Assembly: GCA_030324005.1 (NCBI GenBank)
Contig: JARDVH010000121.1
Span: 51,044,824-51,108,823 of the forward strand
Reading direction: 5' to 3'
Length of the DNA: 64,000 bases
Source of the DNA: Negaprion brevirostris
Lineage: Eukaryota
The notes under the pieces are model-generated. The model saw only the letters and a list, made by a program, of their open reading frames with translations. It did not search any database and had not been told where the DNA came from. Position numbers and translations under genes: made by a program. This document shows, piece by piece, positions 25,839-38,884 of this stretch (its first letter is position 1; each line of letters opens with the position of its first letter).

Positions 25839-26781
25839 ATTCTTTCTTCCTGTATACCCTATCCTTCAGTGTAGTCATTGTTAGGGGACCTATAAACTGT
25901 TTCCTCAAGGGATTTTTATATTTGCTATTTCTTATCTTTACACGAACTGATTTAACATTGTGATCTTAAAATCGTCCCTCACTACTGTGCTAATGTCATC
26001 CTTAATTATGTCACCTTCTTTTCTTAGCTTTCTGTCCTTCTGAAACATTAAGTAACCTTGAATATTCAGGTTCCATCCATTGTAATCTTGCATCTGTCAC
26101 TATGAGGTCTATCAGATCATACATATTTATTTCTACTGGAGCTGACAGAATGATTTGTTCTGTTATGAATGCAATGCACAGTCAGCTACAAAGCCTCTAG
26201 TTCTGTCATTTTTACCATCTTTGCAACCTCTGCCGGCGCATTCTTAAGTTTGTACAGTCTGACCTTTCCTGCCATGTTCTGATTTTCATTACCTACAGTG
26301 CTATCTTGCTGTCTTGTCTTGTCCTCTCCCGGGAAAACTGCCTGAGATTTAGGATGGCGTGATGGTGGGATGTCAATTAGGCTCAATCATGAGCAACCTA
26401 AAGCCAATTATCCCCATGCAGTGAAAGGGCGGGTGCCAAACTTGCCAACCTTGGTAGCGCAAAGTCTCATCTGCGTGTCCGTGGGCAGTTTTCCGCTTGA
26501 AACTGGCAGTGGTATCGCTGCCAGGGGCTGAAGATGCCACCAAAACGCAAATAAAGATGGTGTTGGTGCAGAGCAAATTATTAATTTAGGCAACAAGGAC
26601 AAACTTACAGCATACTCAGAAGCTAGATAGAAATTCTTTTATTGTTAAAAATTATCCCTTTGATCTGTGATCCAGAACTGTGAAGGTGGATAAATTTTAA
26701 CTCTATTGCAAATGGGTGTTAAACTGGTGTCAGCAGCTTCTGCTTCACTTGAAAAGAAGGATATTTTTGAATGTGTATTCT

Positions 26782-27850
26782 TTAATTTATTTGTCCATGG
26801 GATGTGACCTTGGCTGGCTCACCCCGCATTTATTGCACATCCATAATTGTCCTTGAGACGGTGGTGGTGAGCCACTTTGTTGAACTGTTGCAGTCTATGG
26901 TGGTGTTGGAACACCCACAGTTCCATGATTTTGATCCAACGACAGCAAGGGAACAGCAACATATTTCCGAATCGGAATAGGATGTGACCTGGAGAGGGAC
27001 CTGCAGGTGCTGCATACCCATGCATCTGCTGCCCTGATCCTTCTAGATTGGTTTGGAAGGCACTGTCAAAGCAGACTTGATTAACTTGCTGTGGTGCACC
27101 TTGTAGATGACACACACTGCTGCCACTGTGCATCAATGGTGAACAAATGAATGTTTAAGGTGGTGGACAGGCTGCCAATAAAGCAGGCTGCTTTAGCCTG
27201 GATGGTGTTCGGCTTCTTGAGTGTTGCTGAAGCTACACTCATCCAGCCAAATGGAGAGCATTAGATCACATTGCTGACTTGTGCCTTGTAGATGGTCAAC
27301 AGGGAGTCAGGAGTGGAGTTACTCTCCATTGAATTCCCAGTCTCTAACCTGTCCTTGTAGCTACAGTATTTATATGGCTATTCCAGTTCAGTTTCAGATC
27401 ATTGGTAACCCCAAGGATGTTGACAGGGACGATTCAGTGATGGGAATGTCATTGAATGTCAAGGGGAGATGGTTAGATTCCCTCTAGTTGGAGATGATCA
27501 TTGCCTGGCATTGTGTGCTGCAAATGTTACTTGCCACTTATCAGCCCAAGCCTCAATATTGTACAGACCATACTACAAGTAGACATAGACTGCTCCAGTA
27601 TCTGAGGAATCACAAATGGTGCTAAACAGTGTGATCATCAATGAACATCCCCAACTCTGACCTTATGATGGAAGGAAGATTGTTGATGAAGCAGCTGAAG
27701 GTGGTCGGGCCGAGGACACTACCCTGAGGAACTCTTGCAGCAATGTCCTGGGACTGAACTGATTGACCTCCAACCACCACAGCCATCTTCCTCAGTGCTA
27801 GGAACAACTTCAACCAGTGACAAGCCATCCCCCTGATTCCACTGGAATCA
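26782..27850 (-). mobile_element. CR1-clade LINE (second family), RT relic and 3' end
   Basis: ORF 27622-27828 gives VPQGSVLGPTTFSCFINNLP...MFIDD (RT motifs); GCAATAAATGC tail. Confidence 0.85.
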
Positions 27851-28213
27851 CTTCTTGGTGCCGCACTCTGTCAACTGCTGCTTTGATAATAACGGCAGTC
27901 ACTCTCATCTCACATTTTCAGCAGGATTTTCCAGCCACGCTCACCCCAAGACCAGAATATCCTGCCCAAGGTCAACAAACCTTTGCATGCTTCGCGCTAT
28001 GGTTCCCATGGCAAGCAGCACACAAAAATTCTGCCCTTTGCGTTCAGCTCTTTTGGGCATAAGGTCAGGAGCTGAGTGGCCCTGGTGGAACTCAAACTGA
28101 TCATCGTTGTATAATGATTTTAACAAATCGGCTTATGTAATTCTAAATGTGTTTTTTAAAGCCCTGCAATGGTGCATTGACCAGGATTTCAATCGCTTCA
28201 GATCAAAAACTTA

Positions 28214-29000
28214 GGCCAGAATTTTTGCTCTTCTGTTGGGAAAATTTCCAACTCCACAAAGCCAACTGGGGAGAAAATGTCCCAGATGTTCTCATTTTCA
28301 TTCCAGGGTGGATGGGTTTTAATGGGAGTCTAGTCTGCCATCATGGAGGGAGTTAGGAGGTAGCCCCAGGGGCAGTTGAGTGTGGAAGTAGGCTGTGTGA
28401 AAGGCCTAATTCATTGCCCCAAGATTTATAAGGAAAATAATAAAAANNNNNNNNNNNNNNNNNNNNNNNNNNNNNNNNNNNNNNNNNNNNNNNNNNNNNN
28501 NNNNNNNNNNNNNNNNNNNNNNNNNNNNNNNNNNNNNNNNNNNNNNAATAAAAACACAGCCCTCTAGCCCTCACCCTTCAGAACATTCCAATCTCCTGCA
28601 TACATTCTTCATGCCCCTTTCATGCCAATTCATTACACCTCATGTCTCTCCATCCATCCCCTCTATGGCCATTCATACATGCATGCCAACCTATGGTCCT
28701 TCATAGCCCCCATGCCAATCTACCTACCTCTGTGGCCTTTCCTGTCCACTGTGTAATCATGTGCCACTCTCACAGCGCCTTAAGCCTTTATACTCGTTAT
28801 GCTACTCAGTGCTGACTCATGCCAATCCACCCTACCTGCATCAACCACCTTTTGCCTTTACACCCTCCATATTAACTCATCCATTATCCACCATGGGTAG
28901 ACCTCAGAGCCCATACTGAAATTAAACAAAATAAAGTTGTGTCTATTGCAGAGTTTACTTTTAAAAACCCATCCAATACAATTAAATTTGCAATTAGTTC
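28214..29000. mobile_element. Harbinger-type non-autonomous relic with C-rich interior
   Basis: TIR-like ggccagaatttt start; ccccatgcc-rich low-complexity sequence. Confidence 0.4.
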
Positions 29001-29118
29001 TATATTACAAAATGACTACATTCTTCAACTACTTAATCCCGTATAAAAGAAAAGATTTCATTCAAGTACTTAATCCTTTATGAAAACACATTTATCCCAT
29101 TGGCCTAGACAAATACTT

Positions 29119-29316
29119 TGGCCAGAATTTTCCAGCTGTTCACACCAGTGGAATCTTCTGGTCTTGCCCATGGCACATTCCTGCCATGGGTTTCCCAGCA
29201 GCAAGGGGTGCATTCAATGGGAAATCCCACTAACAATAATGGGACCAAAAGATCCTGCCACTGGCTAATCTTGGGCTACCTCCACCACGTGGAATGTTGT
29301 GTGGAAAATCCTGTCT
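29119..29316. mobile_element. PIF/Harbinger-type MITE
   Basis: TIRs ggccagaattttcc / ggaaaatcctgtc; internal inverted repeat. Confidence 0.65.
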
Positions 29317-29900
29317 TTTATAACCATTTGGAGCTGAGAATCAAAATGTGAACTGACAGACACCCCAACATAATAAAGATAGGTTGTAAAATCAGTCATA
29401 CAACACTGAGCCTCAGGCATATCAGTAGAAATTGCAAGAATGTTTAAAAGAATGAACAGGAGGTTTAAATGACTTAGAAACTTGATAATTCTATGAAGTC
29501 CGTCCAATTTTTATGCACATTCTTGTCTACTTTTACCTCTCTCTATGGGTACCTTACCCAAATGGATAACTGCACCTAATCAAAAGGGGATCCTGGACCC
29601 ATCCAAAAGGGTACCCTATCTCAACAAATAATTCCAGCATCTTTAGATCTTTCCCTCAAAGATCTGGAGCCCACAAGTTGTGTTTTGGACAGTTCATTCA
29701 TGAGAATTGCATCTGTTTGCAGGCAGCTGCATCTTTCAATATGCAAACTACAACCTGCCCCTGCTTCTACCTGCCCCCCCTGGCAAAAATGGTGGGTGCC
29801 TGATTGGGGGGGTGGAACTTCCGGGATCAGGGCTCCAGTGCCATTTTCACGAAACCAAAGATCCTTTCCACCTCTGAGAAAATTCAGACTTTATACTCAT

Positions 29901-30110
29901 TGGGTGGGATTTACCACACAACTCGCTGCGCACTTCGCGGTGGCGGAAGGTAGCCCACCATTGACCGGCAGTAGAGAGGCATGGGTCCTGCCATTGCCAG
30001 TGGGGTTTCCCATTAACTTGCACCCCTTGCTGCTGTGAAACCACAGTGAGGGTGTACCCGCAGTGGGATTGGAAGATCCCGCTGACGTGAATGGTCTGAA
30101 AGTCCCGGCC
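29901..30110. mobile_element. PIF/Harbinger-type MITE (inverted relative to 29119)
   Basis: gggtgggattt...aaagtcccggcc; tgcaccccttgctgctg is the reverse complement of cagcagcaaggggtgca at about 29195. Confidence 0.65.
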
Positions 30111-30147
30111 ATTATGTACAAATAATTAGATGTGGTAGCCCGCATGT

Positions 30148-30462
30148 CATAGAATCATAGAAACCCTACAGCGCAGAAAGAGGCCATTTGACCCATCGAG
30201 TCTGCACCGACCACAATCCCACCCAGACCCTACCCCCATATCCCTACATATTTACCCACTCATCCCTCTAACTTATGCATCTCAGAGCACTAAGGGGCAA
30301 TTTTAGCATGGCCAATCAACCTAACCTGCACATCTTTGGACTGTCAGAGGAATCCCATGCAGACACGAGGAGAATGTGCAAACTGCACACAGACAGTGAC
30401 CCAAGCCAGGAATCGAACCCAGGTCCCTGGAGCTGTGAAGCAGCAGTGCTAACCACGCCGCC
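30148..30462 (-). mobile_element. HE1-type V-SINE (type A)
   Basis: catagaatcatagaa tail, V-domain and head. Confidence 0.9.
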
Positions 30463-31453
30463 CAGGTACCTTGCCGTAACAGCCTCTCGTGGTGGTGAAA
30501 CCTCAGAAAGAATTTGACTGCTAATTAAACGATTACTGATTTGGTCTTGCCTCAGTGCAAACGCGAATTGGGTTCCTTATTAAAAATTAACTGCTGACTG
30601 ATGCTTGTGCCATTGCTGGCACATTTTTGTTCGATAAGATACTTCGGGAACACAGTGTACCAGAAAACAGCTGTCAGCCTTCAGTTCTGGAGCAAAGCAG
30701 ATTACTAACAGCTTGTTTTTTTTGACCCTTCACCAATTGGCCATGTTTGCAGTTGTTGACATTTCANNNNNNNNNNNNNNNNNNNNNNNNNNNNNNNNNN
30801 NNNNNNNNNNNNNNNNNNNNNNNNNNNNNNNNNNNNNNNNNNNNCTTGCAACGATTAGTGACTTAAGAATGACCGATGCCATGTTCTTAAATGGAAATTG
30901 CAGATCGTCATAACCATCTGGTCACAGTATGGCTGAAGCTTTTTTTTGCAGATTTACTGTAGTCTCCATCTGCTCTTTGGCAAGCAAGCTTACAGTGCTG
31001 CTGCCCAAGACTATACTGCACCAAGTCACAAAGGAATATTTCAGATGGAACCTACGTGAAGGTAGAAAATACTGTCATGTCACTCACATAACGTTCGGCA
31101 TATTTAATTCCAAATCCATCTCCCAGTGGTCTTGTGTTCTCAGCTGTATAAATAATGTCTTATTAAAATTGTAGCTCTTTGATAACATACCAACAGATTT
31201 TAATAATTGACACTATGTTTGAAGATATCTTCTTCCATGGATCCTAACCTTTCTGGGATTACTCATTTGTATTTCAATGAAATTAGGAAAATCAGTTCTA
31301 ATTTTCAGGTCTTTCTTCAGTACATTTACTACTCTAAAAATGTTCATAAGTAAATTTACAGCGAGCACACTACACAATGTTGAAGTAGATTCAATGGATG
31401 GTTAATGAATTGCTCCTCTTGCTTATCCAAAACAGGTATTAAATGCCATCTCT

Positions 31454-31560
31454 TGGCCGGAATGTTACCGCACCGCCCACCACAGGAATCGGAGCGGGCG
31501 AGGGGCAGATCGGACGGGATCTTACAGTTTCTGGACGAGCGAAGCCGTAAAATCCCGCCC
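31454..31560. mobile_element. Short CpG-rich MITE
   Basis: TIR-like ggccggaatgttac / gtaaaatcccgccc. Confidence 0.6.
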
Positions 31561-31605
31561 ATGGTCTTTGTTTCATGTAGGAGGAAGAGTAAGATTTGTT
31601 TTAGT

Positions 31606-31932
31606 GGGTGGTAAGGTGGCAAGCACTGCTGCCTCACAGCTCCAGGCAGCTCAATTCCAGCCTTGGGTGACTGTCTGTGTGGAGTTTGCACGTACTCCCC
31701 GTGTCAGTGTGGGTTTCCTCTGGGTGTTCCGGTTTCCACCCACAGTCCAAAGATGTGCTGGTTGGGTGGACTGGCCATACTAAATTGCCCCTTAGTGTCC
31801 AAAGCTGGGTAGGTTAGATGGATTAGCAAGGTAAACATGTGGGTTATGGGGGAGGGGGACTTTGTAAGATACTCTTTCAGAATCGGTGCAGATTTGATGG
31901 GCCAAATGGCCTTTTCTGCACTGTAGGGATCT
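31606..31932 (+). mobile_element. HE1-type V-SINE (type A variant)
   Basis: Head, V-domain and CR1 tail. Confidence 0.88.
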
Positions 31933-32774
31933 ACGAGTTGGCCTTAAGTGTCCTTAAAACAAAATCTGCTGAACAATGTCCTGAGCTGAAATTGTTGGGA
32001 CAAAAATCTCAGTGCAGTTTGTGACTCTCTCACAGAAGTAAGACTTAATATCCTTGAATAGTCCCATCTGGAAAAGCAGGACAGGGAGAAAATACTGACC
32101 TGGAAGTTTAATCAGAATCGGGTCAGATTCTGTCAGTGCGAATCAGCAGCTACTTTCAAACCCAGCCTGCTGTGGTTCAACTCTAAATCACTGCCACCTG
32201 GACCACCTCATTTATTTTCAACAAAAAGCCACTTCAGAAATGTTTCTCCAGAATTACCTCTGCAGCAGACGGGGCTTTCATCCTCACAGACTGAACAGAT
32301 ACTCAGTTTTATATTGAAGTGAATCATGTGTGGCCGGCTTGGTTATTAGATGTTCACTTTCTCCAAACTCTTAATCATCATGAGATTGACTTCCAGTAAT
32401 ACTGGATATTCATTCTGCAAACGATATGGTTTTCTTCTGTCGGTTTCTCGGCAGCCCAGTTGATAGAATCTCCCATCTCTAAGAGATAAAACGATCGTTC
32501 AGTTCATCCGCCACTGAAGTCAACGTCCTTCCTCACAGCTGAGCCCCACGGCAGCATTACTGCTGAAGGTCAGAGAGGTTGTTGCCTTCACTTCCCGTCA
32601 CGATTATAAACAAGGGATTACAACAGGGGAGGAATAAAGGAGTAGTAATATCATTGAATGGATTTCTTTGTGGCCGTGTGACCTAAACGACGTTTTTTTG
32701 AAGGGTCATCAATTTAATGACTGTCTGTCAATCAGCAGAAATCTATATTTTCACCTCTTAGCAATTTCTATTTT

Positions 32775-33125
32775 TTTTCGTATTCATTTATAGGAGATGT
32801 GGGCATCAGTAGCTGGGACAGCGTTTATTGCCCATCCCTAATTGCCCTTGCACTGATGACTTGCCAAACCATTTTGGAGGGCATTTAAGAGTCAACCACA
32901 TTGTTGTGGTTCTGGAGTCACATGTCAGCCAGTCCAGGTGAAAATTCCTTCCCTAAAGGACATTAGGGAACCAGATGGGTTTTTACAATGATCAATAATG
33001 GTTTCACGGTTCACATTTTTATTGTATTCAAATTTCACCATCTGTCATGATGGGATTCACCCCCAGAACATTACCCTGGGTCTCTGGATTACTACTGCAG
33101 TGGCAATGCCACTCCGACACCGCCT
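32775..33125 (-). mobile_element. tRNA-SINE family C, near full length
   Basis: Reverse GGGCAATTAGGGATGGGCAATAAA tail and tRNA-like head. Confidence 0.8.
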
Positions 33126-33134
33126 CCCTTCAAT

Positions 33135-33590
33135 GTTAATGTGGCACCGTTCGATGCACTCTCTACCCATGAGTCACAAGGTTAGGGGTTCCATGTCCCG
33201 ACTGTGCTTTGGCACACGAGTCAAGACTGACATTCCAGTGCAGTGTGATTGCTGCACAGTCAGAGGTGCTGACCTTTCAGTGAAATGCCAAACCGTGGTC
33301 CCATTTGCTGGCTTAGGTGGGTGCAAAACATCCCATGGTACTATTTCACGTAAGAATGGGAGAGTTATCTATGACATCCGGCCAAATTTCATTCCTCAAT
33401 CAGCATTACAGAAACAGATTATCTGGTCATTATCACACTGCTGCTTGTCAGAAGTTGCTGTGTACAAATTGACGGCCCTGTTCCATAAATTACAACAGTG
33501 TCTATACCTCAAAAAGGAAGCGCTTCATTGGCTGTAAAGTGCTTTGAACCATCCTGGTTATGAATAAAGCTATACAATTGCAAGTCTTTC
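33135..33590 (+). mobile_element. Deu-domain SINE (SacSINE1/AmnSINE1-like)
   Basis: gaggtgct..ctttcag..aaaccgtggtcc..atcccatggtact..ccggccaaattt resembles the recalled Deu domain; L2-type tail tgtaaagtgctttg...ctatacaattgcaagtc. Confidence 0.75.
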
Positions 33591-33744
33591 TCCCCTCCAG
33601 CCCAACCTCTTGACCTACTTTAAACTAAAACTTTAAAAGCCTTCAGTGTCTGACCCCATCTGTGTGCTGGGGCTGTGAGTATTGGCAGATTATCCAACCT
33701 TCTGAGGATGGAAATAAGTCAGAGGAAAGTAGGATCATTGGTCT

Positions 33745-36240
33745 TAGAATACCTAGATCTACTTAGGAATAGATCTTTCAGCCTTCAAGCTTGCTCTGCC
33801 TTTCAATAGGATCAAGACTGATCTGGTTGTGGTCTCAATTCCACTTTCCTGTCCACCCTGCTTAACCCTTGATTCCCTTGTCCACCAAAAATCTATCTAG
33901 TTCGCCATGAATAAATACAAAAGGCCAGCTTCCACTATTTTCTGGGCAAGAGAATTCCACAAACCCTTTTGTGAGAAAAAAATTCCTCATCTTCATCTTA
34001 AAATGAAGACCACTTATTCTTAAACTGTGTCACCCAGATCTACCCTTCCCCACAAGAGGAAATATCAACCCAGTATCCACCTCTCAAGTCCCCTCAGAAT
34101 CTTATGTTTCAATAAATTATCTAATTCTTCTAAACTCCAATGGGTATTGGCCCCTCCTGTTCAACCTCACTTAAGCCCTTCATTTCAGGAACGAGCCAAG
34201 CAAACCTTCTCTGACCTGCTTCAAATGCATTTATATCATTTTTTTCAAGTAAGGAGACCAACACTGTACACAGTACTCCAAAAGTGGTGTCACAAATATC
34301 CTGTACAGCTGCAGTAAAGCTTCCATTCCCTTTGCAATAAACATCAACATTCTGTGTGCCTTTCTCATCACTTGCTCTATCAATTTCCTAATAGTTAGTG
34401 ATTCATGTACCAGTCAGATCCCTGCAGACCACAGCGTTCTTCAACCTCTTTCCAATTAAACAGTATATCTTTTTTTGAATCTTCCTGTCAAAGTGAACAA
34501 GTTCACATTTTCCGACACTGTGTTCCATCTGCCAAATGTTTGCTCAGTCACTTACACTATTTATATTCCTTTGCAGATTCTCTACATTCTTTTGATAGCT
34601 TACTTCCCTAATTATCTCATTGTCATCTACAAATTTAGCTACCATTTGGTCCCAGAACCAAATCATTGATACAGATTGTAAGATAGCATTAATCACTGAG
34701 GCACAGCTTTCCAAACTGTAAAAAAACAATTTATCTCTACTTTGTTTGCTGTTAGCTAACCAATCCTTTATTCATACTGATAACTTAGTCCCTTTACCAT
34801 GAGTTCTTACTTTGTGGAGGAAGCTTTGATGTGGCACCTCATCAAATGTCTTTTGGAAATCCCTAAATGCAGGTCCCCCTTTATCCACCTTTCTTGTCAC
34901 TTGCTCAAATAAATNNNNNNNNNNTCCCTTTCACAAAACTATGCTGAGTCTGCATGATCTCATAACGCAGTTCAAAGTATCCTGCTGTAACCTCCCTAAT
35001 AATGGATCCTAGCAATTTTCCTGCAACAGATGTTAGGCCAACTGCCTACAGTTTCCTGTCTCCTTCCGTTCTTGAATAAAGGTGGTACATTTTGTACTTT
35101 CCAATATGCTGGGACCCTTCCGGGATCTAAGGAATTTTGGGTGATAACCTATGTATCTATGACCTCAGCAGACACTTAGACCCTAGGATACAGGCCATTT
35201 GGTCCTGGGGACTTGTCCAGCCATTAGACCTAATAGCTTGGCCAGTATCTTTTACCTGGTGACAGTGACTTTCAAAGTTCCTCCTTCCCTTTCACTTCTC
35301 AATTTTCAGTTATCTTTGGGAAATTTTCTAAGTCTTCTTTGGTTAAGTCAACTGCAAAATATCTGATCAACGCCTCCACTTTTTCCTTGTTTTCAACTGT
35401 CAATTCCTCAAACTCTCTTTCCAAAGGATCAAGTTATTATTTTCCTGTTACAATATGCCTAAAAACTGTCACTGTCTGTTTTTATATTACTAGCTAGCTT
35501 TCTCTCTTACTTTTTTCTCCCCTTTTTTTGTTATTCTTTGCTGGTTCTTAAAATGTGGTTAAAACCTGGTGTTGTCAGACTTTTTACTGTGTTTACCCCA
35601 GTCCAACGCCAGCATATCCACACCTTAAAATGTGCCCATTCTTCAAATTTACCACTAATCTTCACAGATTTAGACAATTTAATACAATCACTGACTTCCT
35701 CTTTTAGCCACAGATGATGCAGCCTTCAAAGGGGTCACCTGAAGAACAGACAGCACTCTGAAAGCTAGTAGCTTTTGCTACCAAATAAACCTGTTGGACT
35801 TTAATCTGGTGTTGTGAGACTTCTTATTGTGTTTACCCCAGTCCAACACTGGCATTTCCATATCATTGCACGTTACCAGATCTAGAGCAGCCTGACTTTA
35901 GAATGTATCTAATAAATTGTCATGGATACACTTTTTTCCAGGCTACCTTTGCTAATCGGATTCACCTAATCAACATGCAGGTTAAAGTCATCCATAATTA
36001 TTGCAATGCCTTTCTTCCGTGTCTCGTTTATTTCTTCCTCTATACTCTGCCCTCCAATGAAACTACTGTTAGGGACTCTATACTTCTCCCACAAATGAAC
36101 TCTTACCTTTCCTACTTTTTATCTCCATCAAAACTGATCCTTGACTCTTTGAGTTAGGGTAATCTCTCACTACTGCACTAATGACTTCCTTAATTAACAG
36201 AGACCATCTTTTCACAGCTTCCTGTGTTCTTCAACTGACA
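33745..36240 (-). mobile_element. Long fragmented CR1 LINE
   Basis: CR1 tail at 33760-34100; minus-strand peptide VAKFVDDNEI (RT FADD region). Confidence 0.75.
35563..35866 (+). mobile_element. Penelope-like terminal repeats (two partial copies)
   Basis: ctggtgttgt..tgtgtttaccccagtccaac occurs at about 35566 and 35806; CTGAAGA...GAAAGCTA motif present. Confidence 0.65.
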
Positions 36241-36252
36241 GGTCCACCCGAA

Positions 36253-36584
36253 ATGTAGGATTAGTGAATGCTCCACCGTAACCACTGTTTCTTCAGAAGA
36301 AACTCTTCAAAATGAAAATATAACAAAACTTACTCCAACTGATAAATCAAAGAAAGGGTTTAATAAAGAAACATCATTACTCCAAATCTGGGGCCTCACC
36401 CTGAACTACACCAGACTCTCCACAATTCTACATTGTCCCTTATTTATAGTGAATCAGCTGTCAGCTGACTATTACATCACTCTGTAATTGGTTCCATGGT
36501 TTACTGGGTCAGCTGACCCTTACAGCTTTTTCCCATTAGCCACATTACATCCAACACAACATTGTCACTGGTTACATTCTAACA
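36253..36584. mobile_element. Possible short solo LTR
   Basis: TGTAGG...CTAACA boundaries; no TSD. Confidence 0.3.
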
Positions 36585-37608
36585 ATCACTATCTGAACAA
36601 AAATTGAAAAGGCCATGTAAATCAGGTGAAGTCTTAACATGACCAGGATCTGCTTACTCTACACTTATTGGGTGCTATTTAAAAGTCAGCCTGTTGCAGC
36701 GGGATCAATGCTGACCACATTCACCTACGCATAGGGGAAGAACCATATTGGTTCTCCACTGCAATTCCAAAACCTTCCTCAATTAAGTCAGCAGGTGGAA
36801 GGGTCTGATGCAGCATTTTCAGCTGCTGCTGGTGGGATACAAAATAGGGTCACCAAGGGGCTGAAATAACTCCTCAAAGGCTGGTGTCCCTTCACCAGAT
36901 TGCCTTTACTTACAAACTCAATTCCACTCTGAAGAGTGCTTCAGGTACAAAGTCATGATCCAAAGTGTGAGTAATCCTGACACTCCTCAAGATATATACA
37001 AGAAAGACTCGCTGATAGGGCAGGCAATCATTATCTCAATCAGGGAGCTCCTACTGGAAGAGGCCAATCTCATGGGGGTCATCTCATGAGCCAATTGACG
37101 CCATTATCCCTCAGCGCACCACAGATCAGTAGTGGCTCAGGGATTAAATGCAAAGCCTTCCACATCTCCTAAAGGATACTGTTGCAAACCTTGTCGGGTT
37201 TGCTGTTGCCTTTCCAGAGAAGGGTCCCCTCACTGTTAGATATTCTGTGTCCGATTGAGGAACCCAGAATCAGAAAGGAGGTTGGTGAAAGTTATGCTCC
37301 TTCCCTTGTCTCCAACCTTCCCCTATAAGCCCTACCCCATGATTCCCATCCTACCTTCACTCACCTTTGACCTGGGGTCCCTCGGCAATCTTTGGGACGG
37401 CATTGCTGGCGCCAGTCATCACTTCCAGAGGCACTGACGGCAGTGAGGAGATGCTGGCCTCTGAATCCCAGGGAAGACTCGACGATGGCAAATTAAATGC
37501 CTGAATTCACTGTAAAACATTTTGGCATGTCCTGAAGCTGTGAAGAACAATGCTTAGGCATTCTTTCAAACAAATGTTTTCTTCAAGCAAATGAGGTCAG
37601 CACACATT

Positions 37609-37826
37609 CATAGAATCATAGGAATTCTAGAGTATAGAAGCAGACCACTTGGTTCATCAAGTCCACACTGACTGTCCAATGGAGCATCCTATCCACATAA
37701 CCCCTAACCTACACATCTCGGGACACAAAGAAGCAATTTAGTGTGGCCAATCCATCTAACCTGCACATTTTTGAACTGTGGGAGGAAACCAGAACATCCA
37801 GAGGAAACCCACGCAGAAACAGGGAG
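37609..37826 (-). mobile_element. HE1-type V-SINE 3' half
   Basis: catagaatcatagg tail and V-domain. Confidence 0.8.
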
Positions 37827-38884
37827 ATTATTAATTCATATTGTTTTGCATACAAAACAAGTTAAACATTGCTATGGAAACATCTCCAGAGTTAAGAATC
37901 TGGACTTAACAGGCACTAAAATGAACTTGAGGCAAATCAAGAAGACTGATACACTGTCAGGAGGTAAATTAAAGAGAAAGAGAGAGGGCTAACTGATAAA
38001 TGTTACAAATAAGTGTGAAAGGATTAAAGGATTAACTGAGTGATTGCAGCAGAGTGGCCACATGCTAATCTATTGCCAGAGATGATAAAGTAATTCGCAC
38101 TTAGACTAAATGCAGTTTAAGGAGATTTAAGAGTATTGCGTTAACGCCAAACACTCACACCAGTGGTTAGGTTTTGTTGTGAATAGTGAAGCATTTGGCT
38201 GTATGAGCCTTTGTGCTCTGAACTATATGGAATTCAACCATGGAAAATTCCATATCAGCATACTGTGGTAGATGTCTGTTAATGTTTTCACTGTATGATA
38301 TGCCCGTGAATTTACCACCACATTGTGAATTGTCTTTTCTCTTCCATATCTATTTTTATTCCTCGTGTCAACTGGGGATGGAAAGGGCAAGGCTTCATCT
38401 TTGGAAGAACGTGAGACAAAAGACAAAATTTATTCAAAAGAAAAGTGCACATGTCAGCTATCACAGTGAATGTTTCTTTGCACCTTACACAATGATACTA
38501 CTGATCACATTAACTCGCCTGCGCCTGTGCAGTTCATCCAGTTGATATAAGAGTAACTGATGGGGAATAAACAACCTCGGGTTACCATTGATAAAATCCT
38601 GAGCAAACAAATAGATGGAGATTACAAGTGATAACTGAGAAGGTAAATCAGAATGGTTTGGAACAAAACTCATTGGCAATCAGTAAAGAGAAAAGAGTCT
38701 CCAAAAATGACCTTGGAGTGGATAATATGAATGCAAAACAATGTTCTTTAGGTGGCTGGTTTAATAAATCAGATGACTAAAATAATGCAAAGATTAAGTA
38801 AAGGTATTTAACAACATTAAATACTAAACAACAGTAATCAAGCTGATGCTAATAAGAATGCTTATAATCTCTCCAAACTTAAAA

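Larger units (their letters stand above)
24320..26300 (-). mobile_element. Fragmented CR1 (HER1-like) LINE
   Basis: Minus-strand peptides FSHRVFSLWNSLPQNAVE and SVRGKMLKSII are CR1 ORF2-like; interrupted by a MITE and a Rex1 tail. Confidence 0.7.

Noticed and set aside
32998-33537. 179-aa ORF, the longest without N runs
   Set aside because: It spans a reverse family C SINE and a DeuSINE, with no protein motif; a chance ORF.
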